From assembly GCF_009914755.1 (NCBI RefSeq), contig NC_060946.1: DNA of 64,000 bases. One strand, written 5' to 3'. The notes under the pieces are model-generated. The model saw only the letters and a program-made list of their open reading frames with translations. It made no database searches and was not told the origin of the DNA. A program made the position numbers and the translations under genes. The stretch is from the human T2T-CHM13v2.0 reference genome, Homo sapiens. Of the stretch, positions 22,346 through 37,539 are shown in pieces; positions within the stretch are counted from its first letter, which is position 1; each line of letters opens with the position of its first letter.

Positions 22346-25300
22346 CTCTCACTCACATAGGATTCCAGAACACTGCTACAAGGCTCTGAGTGTTTGTCCC
22401 TCACATAGGATTACAGAACACTGATGCCATTGTCTGAATGTTTGTCCCCCACATAGGATTCCAGAAGCCTGCTGCTGGGGTCTGAATGTTTGTCCCCCAT
22501 CTAGGATTCCAGAACACTGCTGCGAGGGTCTGAATGTCTGTCCCTCACATATGATTCTAGAACATTGATGCTAGGGTCTGTATGTTTGCCCTTAACATAT
22601 GATTTCAAAACACTGCTCCTGGATTCTGAATGTTTGTCCTTCACATAGGAATACAGAACACTGCTGCTGGAGTCTGGAAGTTTGTCACTCACATAGAATT
22701 CCAGAACACTGCTGTGAGGATCTGAATGTTTGACCCTCACATGGGATTCCAGAACACTGCTGCGAGGGTCTAAATGTCTGTCCCTCACATAGGTTTCCCG
22801 AACAATGTTACGAGGTTCTGAATGTTTGTCCCTAACGTAGGATTTCAGGGCACTCCTGCTGTGCTCTGAATGCTTCTCCCTCACATAGGATTCCAGAACA
22901 CTGCTACGAGGGTCTGAATGCTTATCCCTCATATAGGATTCCAGAACACTCCTGCTGTGGTCTGAATGTTTTTTCCTCACATAGGATTCCAGAATACTCC
23001 TGCCGTGGTCTGAATGTTTGTCCCTCACATAGGATTCCAGAATACTCCTGCCGTGGTCTGAATGTTTGTCCCTCACATAGGATTCCAGAATACTCCTGCC
23101 ATGGTCTGATTGTTTGTCCCTCACATAGGATTCCAGAACATTCATGCTGGGGTCTCAATGTTTCCCTTAACATAGGATTTCAGAACACTGCTCTCAGGGT
23201 CTGAATGTTTGTCACTCACATAGGATTACAGAACACTGTTGCTGGAGTCTGAATGTTTGTCAGTCACATAGAATTCCAGAACACTGCTACAAGGGTGTGA
23301 ATATTTCTCCCTCACCTAGTATTCCAGAACACTGTTGCAAGGGTCTGAATGTCGGTCCATCATATAGGATTCCAGAACACTGCTGCTGTAGTCTGAATGT
23401 TTGTCCCTCACATAGAATTCCGGAACACTGCTACAAGGGTCTGAATGTTTGTCCTTCACATACCATTCCAGAACACTGCTGCCGTGGTCTGAATGTATGT
23501 CCCTCACATAGGATTCCAGAACACTGTTACTAGGTTCTGAATGTTTTTCCCACACCTAGGATTCCAGAACACTTCTGCTGGTGTCTGAATGGTTGTTCCT
23601 CACATATGATTCCAGGACACTGCTATGAGAGTCTTAATGTTTGTCCTTCACATAGGATTCTAGAACACTGCTCCCGTGGTCTGAATGTTTGTCTTTCACA
23701 TAGCATTCCAGAACACTGCTGCTGGGGTCTGAATGTCTGCCTCTCAAATCAGATTCCAGAACACTGCTGCTGGGGTTTGAATGTCTTTCCCTCACATAGA
23801 ATTCCAGAACATGGCTGGGAGGGTCTGAATGTTTGTCCCTCACATGGGATACCAGAACACTGCTGCGAGGGTCTAAATGTCTCTCCCTCACATAAGATTT
23901 CAGGACACTGCTGCGAGGTTCTGAATGTTTGTCCCTCACATAGGATTCCACAGCACTCCTGCTGTGGTCTGAATATTTGTCCCTCACATAGGATTCCAGA
24001 ACACTGCCACGTGGGTCTGAATGTTTGCCCTCACATAGGATTCCAGAACACTCCTGCTGTGGTCTGAATGTTTGATCCTCACATAGGATTCCAGAACACT
24101 CCTGCTGTGGTCTGAAAGTTTGCTCACCACATAGGACTCCAGAACACTGCTAAGAGGGTCTGAATGTCCCTCACATTGTATTCCAGAACACTCCTTCTGT
24201 GGTCTGAATGTTTGTTCCTCACATAGGATTCGAGAACACTCCTGCTGTGGTCTGAATGTTTGTCCCTTACCTAGGATTCGAGAACATTCACACTGGGATG
24301 TAAATGCTTGCCCTTAACATAGGATTTCAGAACACTGCTCCTGGGGTCTGAAAGTTTGTCCCTCACATAGGATTCCAGAACACTGCTGCTGTGGTCGGAA
24401 TGTTTTTCTGTCACATAGGATTCCAGAACACTGCAGCTGGGTTCTGAATGTTTGTCCCTCACATAGGATTTCAGAACACTGCTACGAGGGTCTGATTGTT
24501 GGTCCCTCACATAGGATTCCTGAACACTGCTGCTGGGCTCTGAATGTTTGTCCCTCACATTGGATTGCAGAACACTACTGCTATGGTCTGAACGTTTGTC
24601 TGTCACATAGGATTCCAGAACGATCCTGCTGTGGTCTGAATGTTTGTCTGTCACATAGGATTCCAGAACACTGCGGCTGGGGTCTGAATGTCCCTGACAT
24701 AGGATTCCAGAACATTGCTATAAGAGTCTGAATGGTTGTCTTTCACATAGCATTCCAGAACACTGCTACGAGGGTCTGAATGTTGGTCCCTCACACAGGA
24801 TTCCAGAACCCTCCTGCTGAGGTCTGAATGTTTGTCCCTCACAAAGGATTCCAGAACACTGCTATGAGGGTCTGAATATTTGTCCCTCACATAGGATTCC
24901 AGAACACTCCTGCTGTGGTCTGAATGGTTGTCCCTCACAAAGGATTCCAGAACACTCCTGCTGTGATCTGAATGGTTGTCCCTCACATAAGATTCCGGAA
25001 CACTTCTGCTGTGGTACGAATGTTTGTGCCTCACGTAGGATTCCAGAACACTGCTACGAGGGTCTCAATGTTTGTCCCTCACATAAGATTCCAGAACACT
25101 GCTGCTGGGGTCTGAATGCTTGTCCCTCACATACGATTACAGAACACTGTTGCTGGGGTGTGAATGTTTGTCCCTCACATGGGATTCCAGACCACTGCTG
25201 CTGGGGTCTCAATGTCTGTCCCTCAAGAAAGGATTCCAGAACACTGTTACGAGGGTCTGAATTTTTGTTCCTCACTTAAGACTGCAGAACACTGCTTCGA

Positions 25301-27150
25301 GGGTCTAAATGTCTGTCCTTCACATAGGATTCCAGAACACTGCTACGAGGGTCTGAATGTTTGTCCTTCACATAGCATTTCAGAACTGCCATGGTCTGAA
25401 TGGTTGTCCCTCACATAGTATTCCAGAACACTGCTATGAGGGTCTGAATGTTTGTACCTCACATAGGATTCCAGAACACTGCTATGAGGGTCTGAATGTT
25501 TGTACCTCACATAGGATTCCAGAACACTGCTATGAGGGTCTGAATGTTTGTACCTCACATAGGATTCCAGAACACTGCTATGAGTGTTTGAAAGTTTGTC
25601 CCTCACATAGGATTCCAGAAGACTGCTGCTGGGGTCTGAATGTCTGTCCCTCACATCGGATTCCAGAACCCTGCTGCTGGGGTTTGAATGTCTGTCCCTC
25701 ACATAGAATTCCAGAAGACTGCTGGGAGGGTCTGAATGTTTGTCCCTCACATACGATTCCAGAACACTGCTACGAGGTTCTGAATGTTTGTCCCTCACAT
25801 AGGATTCCCGAGCACTCCTGCTGTGGTCTGAATGTTTTTCCCTCACATAGGATTCCAGAACACTGCTACGAGGGTCTGAATGTTTGTCCTTTACATAGGA
25901 TTCCAGAACACTCCTTCTGGGGTCTGAATGTTTGTCCCTCACATAGGATTCCAGAGCACTCCTGCTGTGGTCTCAATGTTTTTTTAATCACATAGGATTC
26001 CAGAACACTTCTACAAGGGTCTGAATGTTTGTCCCTCACATAGGATTCCAGAATACTCCTGCTATGGTCTTAATGCTTGTCCCTCACATAGGATTCCAGA
26101 ACATTCATGTTGGGGTCTGAATGTTTGCCCTTATCATAGGATTTCAGAACAGTGCTTCTGGGGTCTGAATGTTTGTCCTTCATATAGGATTTAAGAACAC
26201 TCCTGCTTTGGTCTGAAAGTTTGTCCCTCACATAGGATTCCAGAACTCCCCTGCTGTGGTCTGAAAGTTTGTCCTTCACGTAGGATTCCAGAACACTGCT
26301 GCTGTGGTTTGAATGTTTGTCCCTCACATAAGATTCCAGAACACTGCTACGAGGGTCTGAATGTTTGTCCCTCACATAGGATTCCTGAGCATTGTTGCCG
26401 TGGTCTGAATGTTTGTCATTCACATAGGATTCCAGAACATTGCTACGAGGGTCTGAATGTTTGTCCCTCACATAGGATTCCAGAACACTTCTGCTGGTGT
26501 CTGAATGTTTGTACCTCACATAGGATTTCAGAACACTGCTGCTGGGGTCTGAACGTCTGTCCCTCACATAGGATTCTAGAACACTGCTGTTGGGGTTTGA
26601 ATGTCTGTCCCTCACATAGAATTCCAGAACACTGCTGCGAGTGTCTGAATGTTTGTCCCGCAGATGGGATTCTAGAACACTGCTGCGAGGGTCTAAATGT
26701 CTGTCCCTGACATAACATTCCAGCACACTGCTACAAGGTTTTGAAATGTTCGCCCCTCACATAGGATTCCAGAGCACTCCTGCTGTGGTCTGAATGTTTG
26801 TCCCTCACATAGGATTCCAGAACACTCCTGCTGTGGTCTGAATGTTTGCCCCTCACATAGGATTCCAGAACATTCCTGCTGTGGTCTGATTGTTCTTCAT
26901 ATAGGATTCCAGAACACTGCTACGAGGTTCTGAATTTTTGCCCCTCACATAGGATTGCAGAACACTGCTACAAGGGTTTGAAAGTTTTCCCCTCACATAG
27001 GATTCCACAACACTACTGCTGGGGTCTGAATGTTTGTCCCTCACATAGGATTCCCGAGCACTCCTGCTGTGGTCTGAATGTTTGTCCCTCACATAGGATT
27101 CCTGAAGACTGCTGCTGTCACTATAATCGTTGCGAGTGTCTGAATGTTTG
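22346..27150. repeat. CER (48-bp centromeric repeat, D22Z3-type) satellite, ~100 monomers
   Basis: Monomer ggattccagaacactgctgctggggtctgaatgtttgtccctcacata (48 bp) repeated head-to-tail; 16-aa periodic ORFs. Confidence 0.93.
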
Positions 27151-27288
27151 ACCTTCACCAAACACTAAATATTCTGCCCCTTTAGTCTTGGACTTTCCAG
27201 CCTCCAGATCTGTAAGCAATAATCTCTGTTGTTTATGAACTACTCAGTCTAAAGTATTTTGTTATAGTAGCCTAAAGAGACTAAGAGA
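27151..27288 (+). mobile_element. MLT1A/MST-like MaLR LTR 3' end
   Basis: tcttggactttccagcctccagatctgtaagcaataa...tattttgttatagtagcctaaagagactaagaga matches the MaLR LTR terminus. Confidence 0.85.
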
Positions 27289-27299
27289 GCATCACCTGC

Positions 27300-29207
27300 C
27301 CTGTCACCTCATCACCGCATTACTAAAGCTATACTAACAGCAGTCACCTTTAGTGGGTGCTTCATGCATGAGAATAAAGGGAAAAAATTGCAAGGCATAC
27401 TAAAATCCAAAAAAAGAAAAAAATACAATTTGTGTCAACAGAGCAAGCTTCAGAAGCAGACAAAGATATGATTTTGGAATTTTTTTTAAACCTCTGGAGA
27501 ATATGCTAAGGGTCTAATGAATGAAGTAGACAGCATTCAAGTGTAGATGGGTAATGTAATCAGAAAGACAGACATCGTAAGAAACTTCAACATAATGTAG
27601 TGGTAAAAAATGTGGTAAATAACTGAAGAATACCTCTGATGGCTTATTAGTAGACTGGACTCAGATGAGTAAAGAATCTCTGAGCTTGAGGATTTATAAT
27701 CAGAAACTTCGAAAACTAAAGAAAAGAAACACTGAAAATAACAGAAGATGATATCCAAGACTGTGGGACAACTACAAAAGGTGAAACAGAGTAATGAGAA
27801 TACCAGGAGGTGAAGAAATAGAAGAAAGTTCTGCAACAACCATGTCTGAGAACTTCCAGCATTAATGTCAGACACCAAACCAAAGATCCAGGAAGCTCAG
27901 AGAACACCAGGCAGAATAAATGCCAACAACCTACACTTGGACATATAATTTTCAAACTATATGAAATAAAAGATAAAGGAAAACTCTGAAAGAAACCAGA
28001 GGTGGGGCAGAAAACACCTTACCTACAGAGACACAAAGATAAGAACTGCATTCAACATTGCAGAAACTGTGAAAGCAAGAAGACAGTGAAATGAAAAATT
28101 CAAAATGTTGACAGAAAAAAACCCACCAACCTAAGTTTCTGTACCCACTGAAACCACCCTTCAAAAGTGAAGGAGAATTAAGGCCTTCCTCAGAAAAATA
28201 AAAATTCAAGAAACTTGTTGCCAGGAGACCTGTCTTGCAAGAAATGTTAAATGAAATTCTTTAGAGGGAAACAAAAGATATATAACTGAAACCTGGATCA
28301 ACATTTTTTTAAAAAGAGCATTAAAGAATTGTGGTACAATAAAAATCTATGTATTTATTCTTAATTGATCTGACCAAGAAGTTCATAGACAATAACAAAT
28401 ACACACAGATAGATTATGTATGCTTATACACAAGTGAAATGAGTAACACTAATACAAGGAATGGAATGGAAGGATGGGAGGGAGGAATTGTGGTACAATA
28501 AAAACATGTATTTATTCATAATTGATCTGACCAATAAGTTTGTAGATAATAATAAATACACACAGATAGATTATGTGTGCTTATACACAAGTGAAATAAA
28601 GAACAATAATACAAGGAATGGAATGGAAGGATGGGAGGGAGGAATCAGGTGTTTTCTTTGTTAAGCAGGTAGTCACCCATGAAGTGGGATAGTGTTATCT
28701 GAAAGTAGACTTGAATTGGTTGTAAATGTATATTGAGGAATTAGGTGTGTTCTTTGTTAAGCAGGTAGTCTTATTTGTGGGATAGTGGGATAGTGTTATT
28801 TGAAAGTGGACTTGAATTTGTTGTAAATGTTACTGAGGAATTAGGTGTTTTGTTTGTTAAGCAGGTAGTCTTATTCGTGGGATAGTGGGATAGTGTTATT
28901 TGAAAGTGGACTTGAATTGGTTGTAAATGTATATTGCATATTCTGTGGCAACTAGTTAAAAAAAAGTTTTAAAAAGAGAAGTACATGCTAAGAAAGACAG
29001 GGAAAATGTAGTCATCTAAAATCATCAATGAAAACTGCAAAAGGCAGAAAAAGAGTGGTAGACAAAAGAATGGAGACTGAGGAGAATGAATAGAAAACAG
29101 TAACAAATATAGTAGATATTAATCCAATGATAACAATAATCACTTTGAATGCTAATGGTATGAATGTATCAATTCAAAGATAGAGATTGTCAGAGTCTAT
29201 CAAAAGA
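27300..29207 (+). mobile_element. Ancient L1M ORF1 / ORF2-start fragment with local tandem duplications
   Basis: gatccaggaagctcagagaacaccaggcagaataaat; atcactttgaatgctaatggtatgaat (ORF2 endonuclease start). Confidence 0.8.
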
Positions 29208-29922
29208 CAGACACATCTTGTTTCACTGCACTTTGCTTTATTGTGTTTTGTGACCATGTGTTTTACATATTGAAGTTTTGTGGCCACCCTGCAATAAGCA
29301 GGTCTCACTGGCACCATTGTTCCTACAGCACGTGCTCAGTTCACGTCTCTGTGTCACATTTCGGTCATTCTCACAGTATTTTAAGCTTGTTATTATTGAA
29401 TCTGTTATAGTGATCTGTAATCAGTGATCTTTAATGCTACTGTTGTCATTGTTTTGGGAACCACAAATCACACCAGGATAAGACAGCATACAATTGACAA
29501 ATGCGTTTGTTCTGACTGCCCCACCAATGGGCCATTTCTCTTTCTCTCTCTTTTTCTCAGGCTTCTTCTTATTAATATTAAAATGTGGCCAATTAATAAC
29601 CCTACAATAGCCTCTATATGTTCAAGTGAAAGAAGAGTTGCATGTCTGTCACTTTAAACCAAAAGGAAGAAATAATTAAGCTTAGTGATTAAGGCATGCT
29701 GTAAGCAAGACAGGCCAGTAGCTAGACCTCATGCAACAAACACTTAGCCAAGTTGTGAATGCAAAGGAAGTGTTCTGGAAAGAAATTTAAAGTACTACTC
29801 CAGTGAATACATGAATGATAAAAAGCTAAACAATCTTGTTGCTGTTATGAAGAAAGTTTAATTGGTCTAGATAGAAGATAAAAAGAACAAAAAAAAATCC
29901 ATTAAGCCTAAGCCTAACTCTC

Positions 29923-30232
<310 letters not shown>

Positions 30233-31083
30233 TCCCTTCAATTCTATGAAGACTTAGAGAGGTGAGGCAGCTGCAGAAGAAAAGTCTGAAGCTAGAAGAG
30301 CTTGTTTCTTGAGGTTTAAGGAAAAAAGTCATCTCCATAACATAAAAGCGCAAGATAAAGCAGCAAGTACTGATGGAAAAGCTGCAGAAAGCTATCTAGA
30401 AGATAATTAAGATGGCTACACTAAACAGATTTGCAATGGAGACAAAACAGCCTTCTACAAGAAGGAGACGCCATCCAGGATGTTCCCAGCTAGAGAGGAG
30501 TTGATGCCTGGCTTTAAGGCTTCAAAGGACATGCTGACTCTTTTGTTAAGGCCTAATGCAGTTGGTGATGTTAACTTGAAACCAATGATGATTTACTATT
30601 CTGAAAATCCAAGGGCCCTGAAGAATTATGATAAAACACAGCTCTGCCTGTACTCTACAAATGGGAACAAAGCCTGGATGACAGACTATCGGTTTACAAA
30701 TATGGTTTACTGAATATCTTAAGCCCACTGTCGATAACTACTGCTCAAGAAATAAGATTCCTTTCAAAGTATTACCACTCACTGACAATGCCGCTGGTAC
30801 TCAAGGGCTTTTACCGAGATGTATAAAGAGCTGAATATTGTTTTCATGCCTACTAACCCAACATTCATTCTGGTGCCCTTGGATCAAAGAGTAATTTCAA
30901 CTTTCAAGTCTTATCACTTAAAAAATATATTTCATAAAGCTATAGCTTCTCTAGAAAGTGATTCCTTTGATGGATCTGGGCAAAATAATTGAAAACCTAC
31001 TGGAAAGGATTCACCATTCCAGATGGCATTGAGAACATTCATGATTTAAAAAAGATCAAAATAGCAACATTAGGAGAAGTTGG

Positions 31084-31375
<292 letters not shown>

Positions 31376-31959
31376 GAGAGAGAGAGAGAAGTTGGGAAGA
31401 TTATTCCAACCCTCACAGATGACACAGGGGTTCACGACTTCTGTGGAGGAAGTAACTGCAGATATGGTGGAAATAACAAGAGCACTAGAATCAGAGAAAG
31501 AGCCTGAACATCTGGCGAGACTGCAGCAGCCTCTGGAGAAAATGTGAGAGGATGAGTTTCTCCCACGGATGAGCAAAGAAAGTGGTTTCTTGAGATGAAA
31601 TCTACTCGTGGTGAAGACAGTGTAAACAATGTTGAGATGACAACAGATTTAGAATAAACTTGGTACAGCAGAAGGAAGGCTTGACAGGATTGAGCCCAAT
31701 GATTTACGATAATACATAAACTTAGTTGGTACAGCAGTATGAAGGTTTGACAGCATTGAATCCAATTTTGAAAGTTCTACTGTGGGTAAAAAGCTATCAT
31801 CGTATGCTACAGTTAATTCTTTTGTGAAAGGGAGAGTCACTTGACACAGCAAACTTCAACGTTGTCTTATTTTAAGAAATTGCCACAGCCACCCCAACGC
31901 TCAGCAACCACCACCTTACATTAATGTAAGACCCTCCATCAGCAAGAAGACTGAAACTT

Positions 31960-32227
31960 GGCCAGGTGCAGTGGCTCACACCTGTCATCCCAACACCTTG
32001 GGAGGCCAAGGTGTGTGGATTGCTTGAGCCCAGGAAGTCAAGGCAACATGGCAAAACCCCATCTCTACAAAAAAAAAAAATACAAAAATTAGCTGGACAC
32101 GGTGGCATGCACCTGTAGTCCCAGCTAGTCAGGAGTCTGAGGTGGGGGTTTGATTGAGCATGAGGTTGAGGCTGCAATTACTCCAGCCTGAGCCACAGAG
32201 TAAAACCCTGTCACACACACACAAAAA
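31960..32227 (+). mobile_element. Alu (J-like) inside Tigger1
   Basis: ggccaggtgcagtggctcacacctgt; gattgcttgagcccagga. Confidence 0.9.
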
Positions 32228-32497
32228 GATTGCAGCTTTCTGAAGGCTCAGATGACTGTTAGCACTTGTTAACAATAAAGTATTTGTAAATTAAAGTGTG
32301 CATACTTTGTAGACATATGCTATTGCACACTTTATACAGCACAGTATAAACATACTTTTACATGCACTGGGAAACCAAAAGAAATTGTATAACACTTTAT
32401 TGCAGTTGTCTGGAACCAAACCCACACATATCTCTGATGCATGGCCGTCCTGTATTGTACACTTAAAAAAATACTTAAGAGGGTATATCTTAGGTGA

Positions 32498-32803
<306 letters not shown>

Positions 32804-32928
32804 CTCATTTTTTAAAAAGGGTGAGAATGAGAAATATATGGGGGGTGATGGTCAAGTTTACGGTATTATTTGTTGTGATGAGTCCTGGGGCGAATATTTA
32901 TCTCTATACTCATTAAGATGTATATATT

Positions 32929-33249
<321 letters not shown>

Positions 33250-33253
33250 TTAA

Positions 33254-33889
<636 letters not shown>

Positions 33890-34039
33890 AATTTTTAAAT
33901 ATATATAATTAAAAATTAATAAAAAACAGGTATTTGCAAGTTTCCATTTTGTTATATGCTTATTATTCTTTATCTTTATGTCAGGTTGCTGTGTCAATAC
34001 ACTTAGGAGATCATAGTTTCTAAATTGAAATACAAATAA

Positions 34040-34382
<343 letters not shown>

Positions 34383-34570
34383 TAAAATTTACATTTCTGA
34401 GTTAAGAATGCTTAAAATATTATAAAAACAGAAGCACAATTCATTATGTGTTTCATTAATTACCTTTATTAAAAACAACAAAATTATATTACAATAGGAC
34501 AAAAAATGTTTAAGCAAATGAAAACGAAACCATGACATACCCAAACTCAGGAGGAGGCAACAAAGGCAGT

Positions 34571-34812
34571 GCTAAAGGGAAGCCTACAGCTGCAGATGCT
34601 TAAATTAAAAAGAAGAAAGATCTCAAACCCATGCTAAAGGGAAGCTTACAGCTGCAGATCCTTAAATTAAAAAGAAGAAAGATCTCAAACCCATGCTAAA
34701 GGGAAGCTTACAGCTGCAGATGCTTAAATTAAAAAGAAGAAATATCTCAAACCCTTGCTAAAGGGAAGCTTATAGCTGCAGGTGCTTAAATTAAAAAGAA
34801 GAAAGATCTCAA
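34571..34812. repeat. 62-bp tandem repeat x~4 derived from L1 ORF2
   Basis: gctaaagggaagcttacagctgcagatgcttaaattaaaaagaagaaagatctcaaacccat starting at 34571, 34633, 34695, 34757. Confidence 0.93.
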
Positions 34813-35841
34813 ATCAATAACCTAACATTACACCTGAAGGGGGGAAAAAAAAAACTAATGACAAACCAAGCAAAAGGAAGAAAATAACAGATTACAGCAG
34901 AGATAAGCAGAATAAGACCAGAAAAAAAAGGAAAAAAAACCAATGAGTTTGTTTTTTTAAAGATCAATAAAAATTTTAAAACTCACAGCTATATTAAGAA
35001 AAAAAGAGAAATCTCAAATACTAAAATCATAAATAAAATAGGTGACAGTACAACAGATGCCACAGAAATGAAAAAGATTACAAGAGACTAATGTGAGCAA
35101 CCATATGCCACAAAACTGGGCAACCTAGAATAAATTTATAAATTCCTAGAAACACAAACCACCATACTGCATCACGGAGAAATAAAAAATCCAAAGAGAC
35201 CTGTAACTAGTAAGAAGATTCAACCAGTAATCAAAAACCCCACCAAAAAGAAAATTCCAGGTCCAGATAACTTCACTGGAAAATTTTACCAAACATTTCA
35301 AGAAGAATTAATGCCAATCCTCTGCAAAATCTTCCAAAAATGTTCAAAAACCAGAAGGGGACATTCCAATCCATTCTATCAGGTCAACATTTATCTGGTT
35401 CCAGAGCCAGATGAACACCTTTTGTAATAAAAACACTCAAAGAATTAGTAATATATGGAAACTCCTCAGTAAATAAAGATTATACATGAAAAGCTCACAG
35501 CTAACATCATACTCAATGGTGAAAGACTAAAATCTTTTCCTCTAGGATCAGGAATAAGATAGCAACATCTCTTCCTGCCACTTCTATTCATCACAGTACT
35601 GGAATTTCTACTCAGAATAATTAGTCAAGAGAAAGTAATAAAAAGGATGCAAATTGGAAAGGAAAAAGTACAAAATTTTGTTCACAGACAACAGGATGTA
35701 ATGGGTAAAAATCCTGAAATTTCCAAAATATTGGTAAAATAATGAAATTCAACAAAGTTTCAGGATACAGTAACACACACAAGTCAGTTGCATTTCCATA
35801 AACTAACAATGAACAATCTGCAAATAAAATTTTAAAAAGAG

Positions 35842-36600
<759 letters not shown>

Positions 36601-37327
36601 CTACAAAACACTGTTGAAAGAAATTAAACACAAATAAATGAAAAGAAAAGCTGGGTTTTCAGATTAGATGGTTTCATCTTGGAATGATGTCAACACTACT
36701 CGAAGTGACCTAGATTCAATACAATCCTTATAAAGATTCCAATGACATTTTTGATAAACAGAAAAACCTATCCTAAAATTCATATGGAATCTCCAGGGCC
36801 CATGAATAGGCCAATCAATCTTGAAGCAGAACAAAATTAAAGGTCTCAAAACAATTACAAAACTGCAATAAGCCAAAAAAAAAGTGGTCATGGCGTAAAG
36901 ACATACTTGACACACTTATGGACCAACACAACAGAGACCTCAGAAACCAACCCTGGCATATATGGTCTGATGATCTTCCACAAGGATGCCAAGACCACTC
37001 AATGGCGAAGGACAGTTTCTTCAACAAATGGTGTTGGGAAAATTGTATATCTACATGCAAAATAATGAAGTTGAACTCTTATCTTACACCACGTTAAAAT
37101 TAATTCAAAGTGAATTATAAACCTAAATGTAAAACTAGAACTATCAAACTCCTAGGGAAAACAAATTTGGAAAATGCTTTATGATGATGAATTTGTCAAT
37201 AATTTTTAGGATATGACATTAAAAGCTCAGGCAGTAAAAGCAAAAATATATCAAACCTAAAAACTTCTGTACCACAAACGTCACAACCAACAGGGTAAAA
37301 GGCAAACTGTAGAATAAAAGAAAATAC

Positions 37328-37539
37328 CAGTTGAGTGTACCTTATTTGAAATGCTTGGGATGTGTTTCAGATTTTGTAATATTTGCATTATTCTTACTGG
37401 TTGAGCATCTCGAATTCAAACACCTGAGTCTGCGATGCTCCAATAAGCATTTCCTTTGAGTGTCATGTTGGCACTCAAAAAGTTTCAGACTTTGGAGCAT
37501 TTGGGATTTCAGATTTTTGGATCAGAGACATTCAACCTA
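37328..37539 (+). mobile_element. Tigger4a/MER46A-like non-autonomous DNA transposon
   Basis: cagttgagt...atgctccaataagcatttcctttgagtgtcatgttggcactcaaaaagtttcaga...tcaacct; degenerate TIRs. Confidence 0.85.

Noticed and set aside
22346-27150. CRISPR-like look (conserved stretch plus short variable segment)
   Set aside because: Primate DNA; the variable part is only ~8-10 nt of point variants of one sequence, not unique spacers, and there are no cas genes.
22501-27161. Long ORFs up to 218 aa with 16-aa repeats (SSVLESYVRDKHSDP; HRIPEHCCWGLNVCPS, superficially zinc-finger-like)
   Set aside because: Artefact of a 48-bp (3x16) satellite monomer lacking stops in some frames; open on both strands, broken by frequent stops and frameshifts, and without C2H2 spacing or linker.
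30480-30713. Active or domesticated Tigger transposase
   Set aside because: Short remnant only; the element is frameshifted and interrupted by three Alus.
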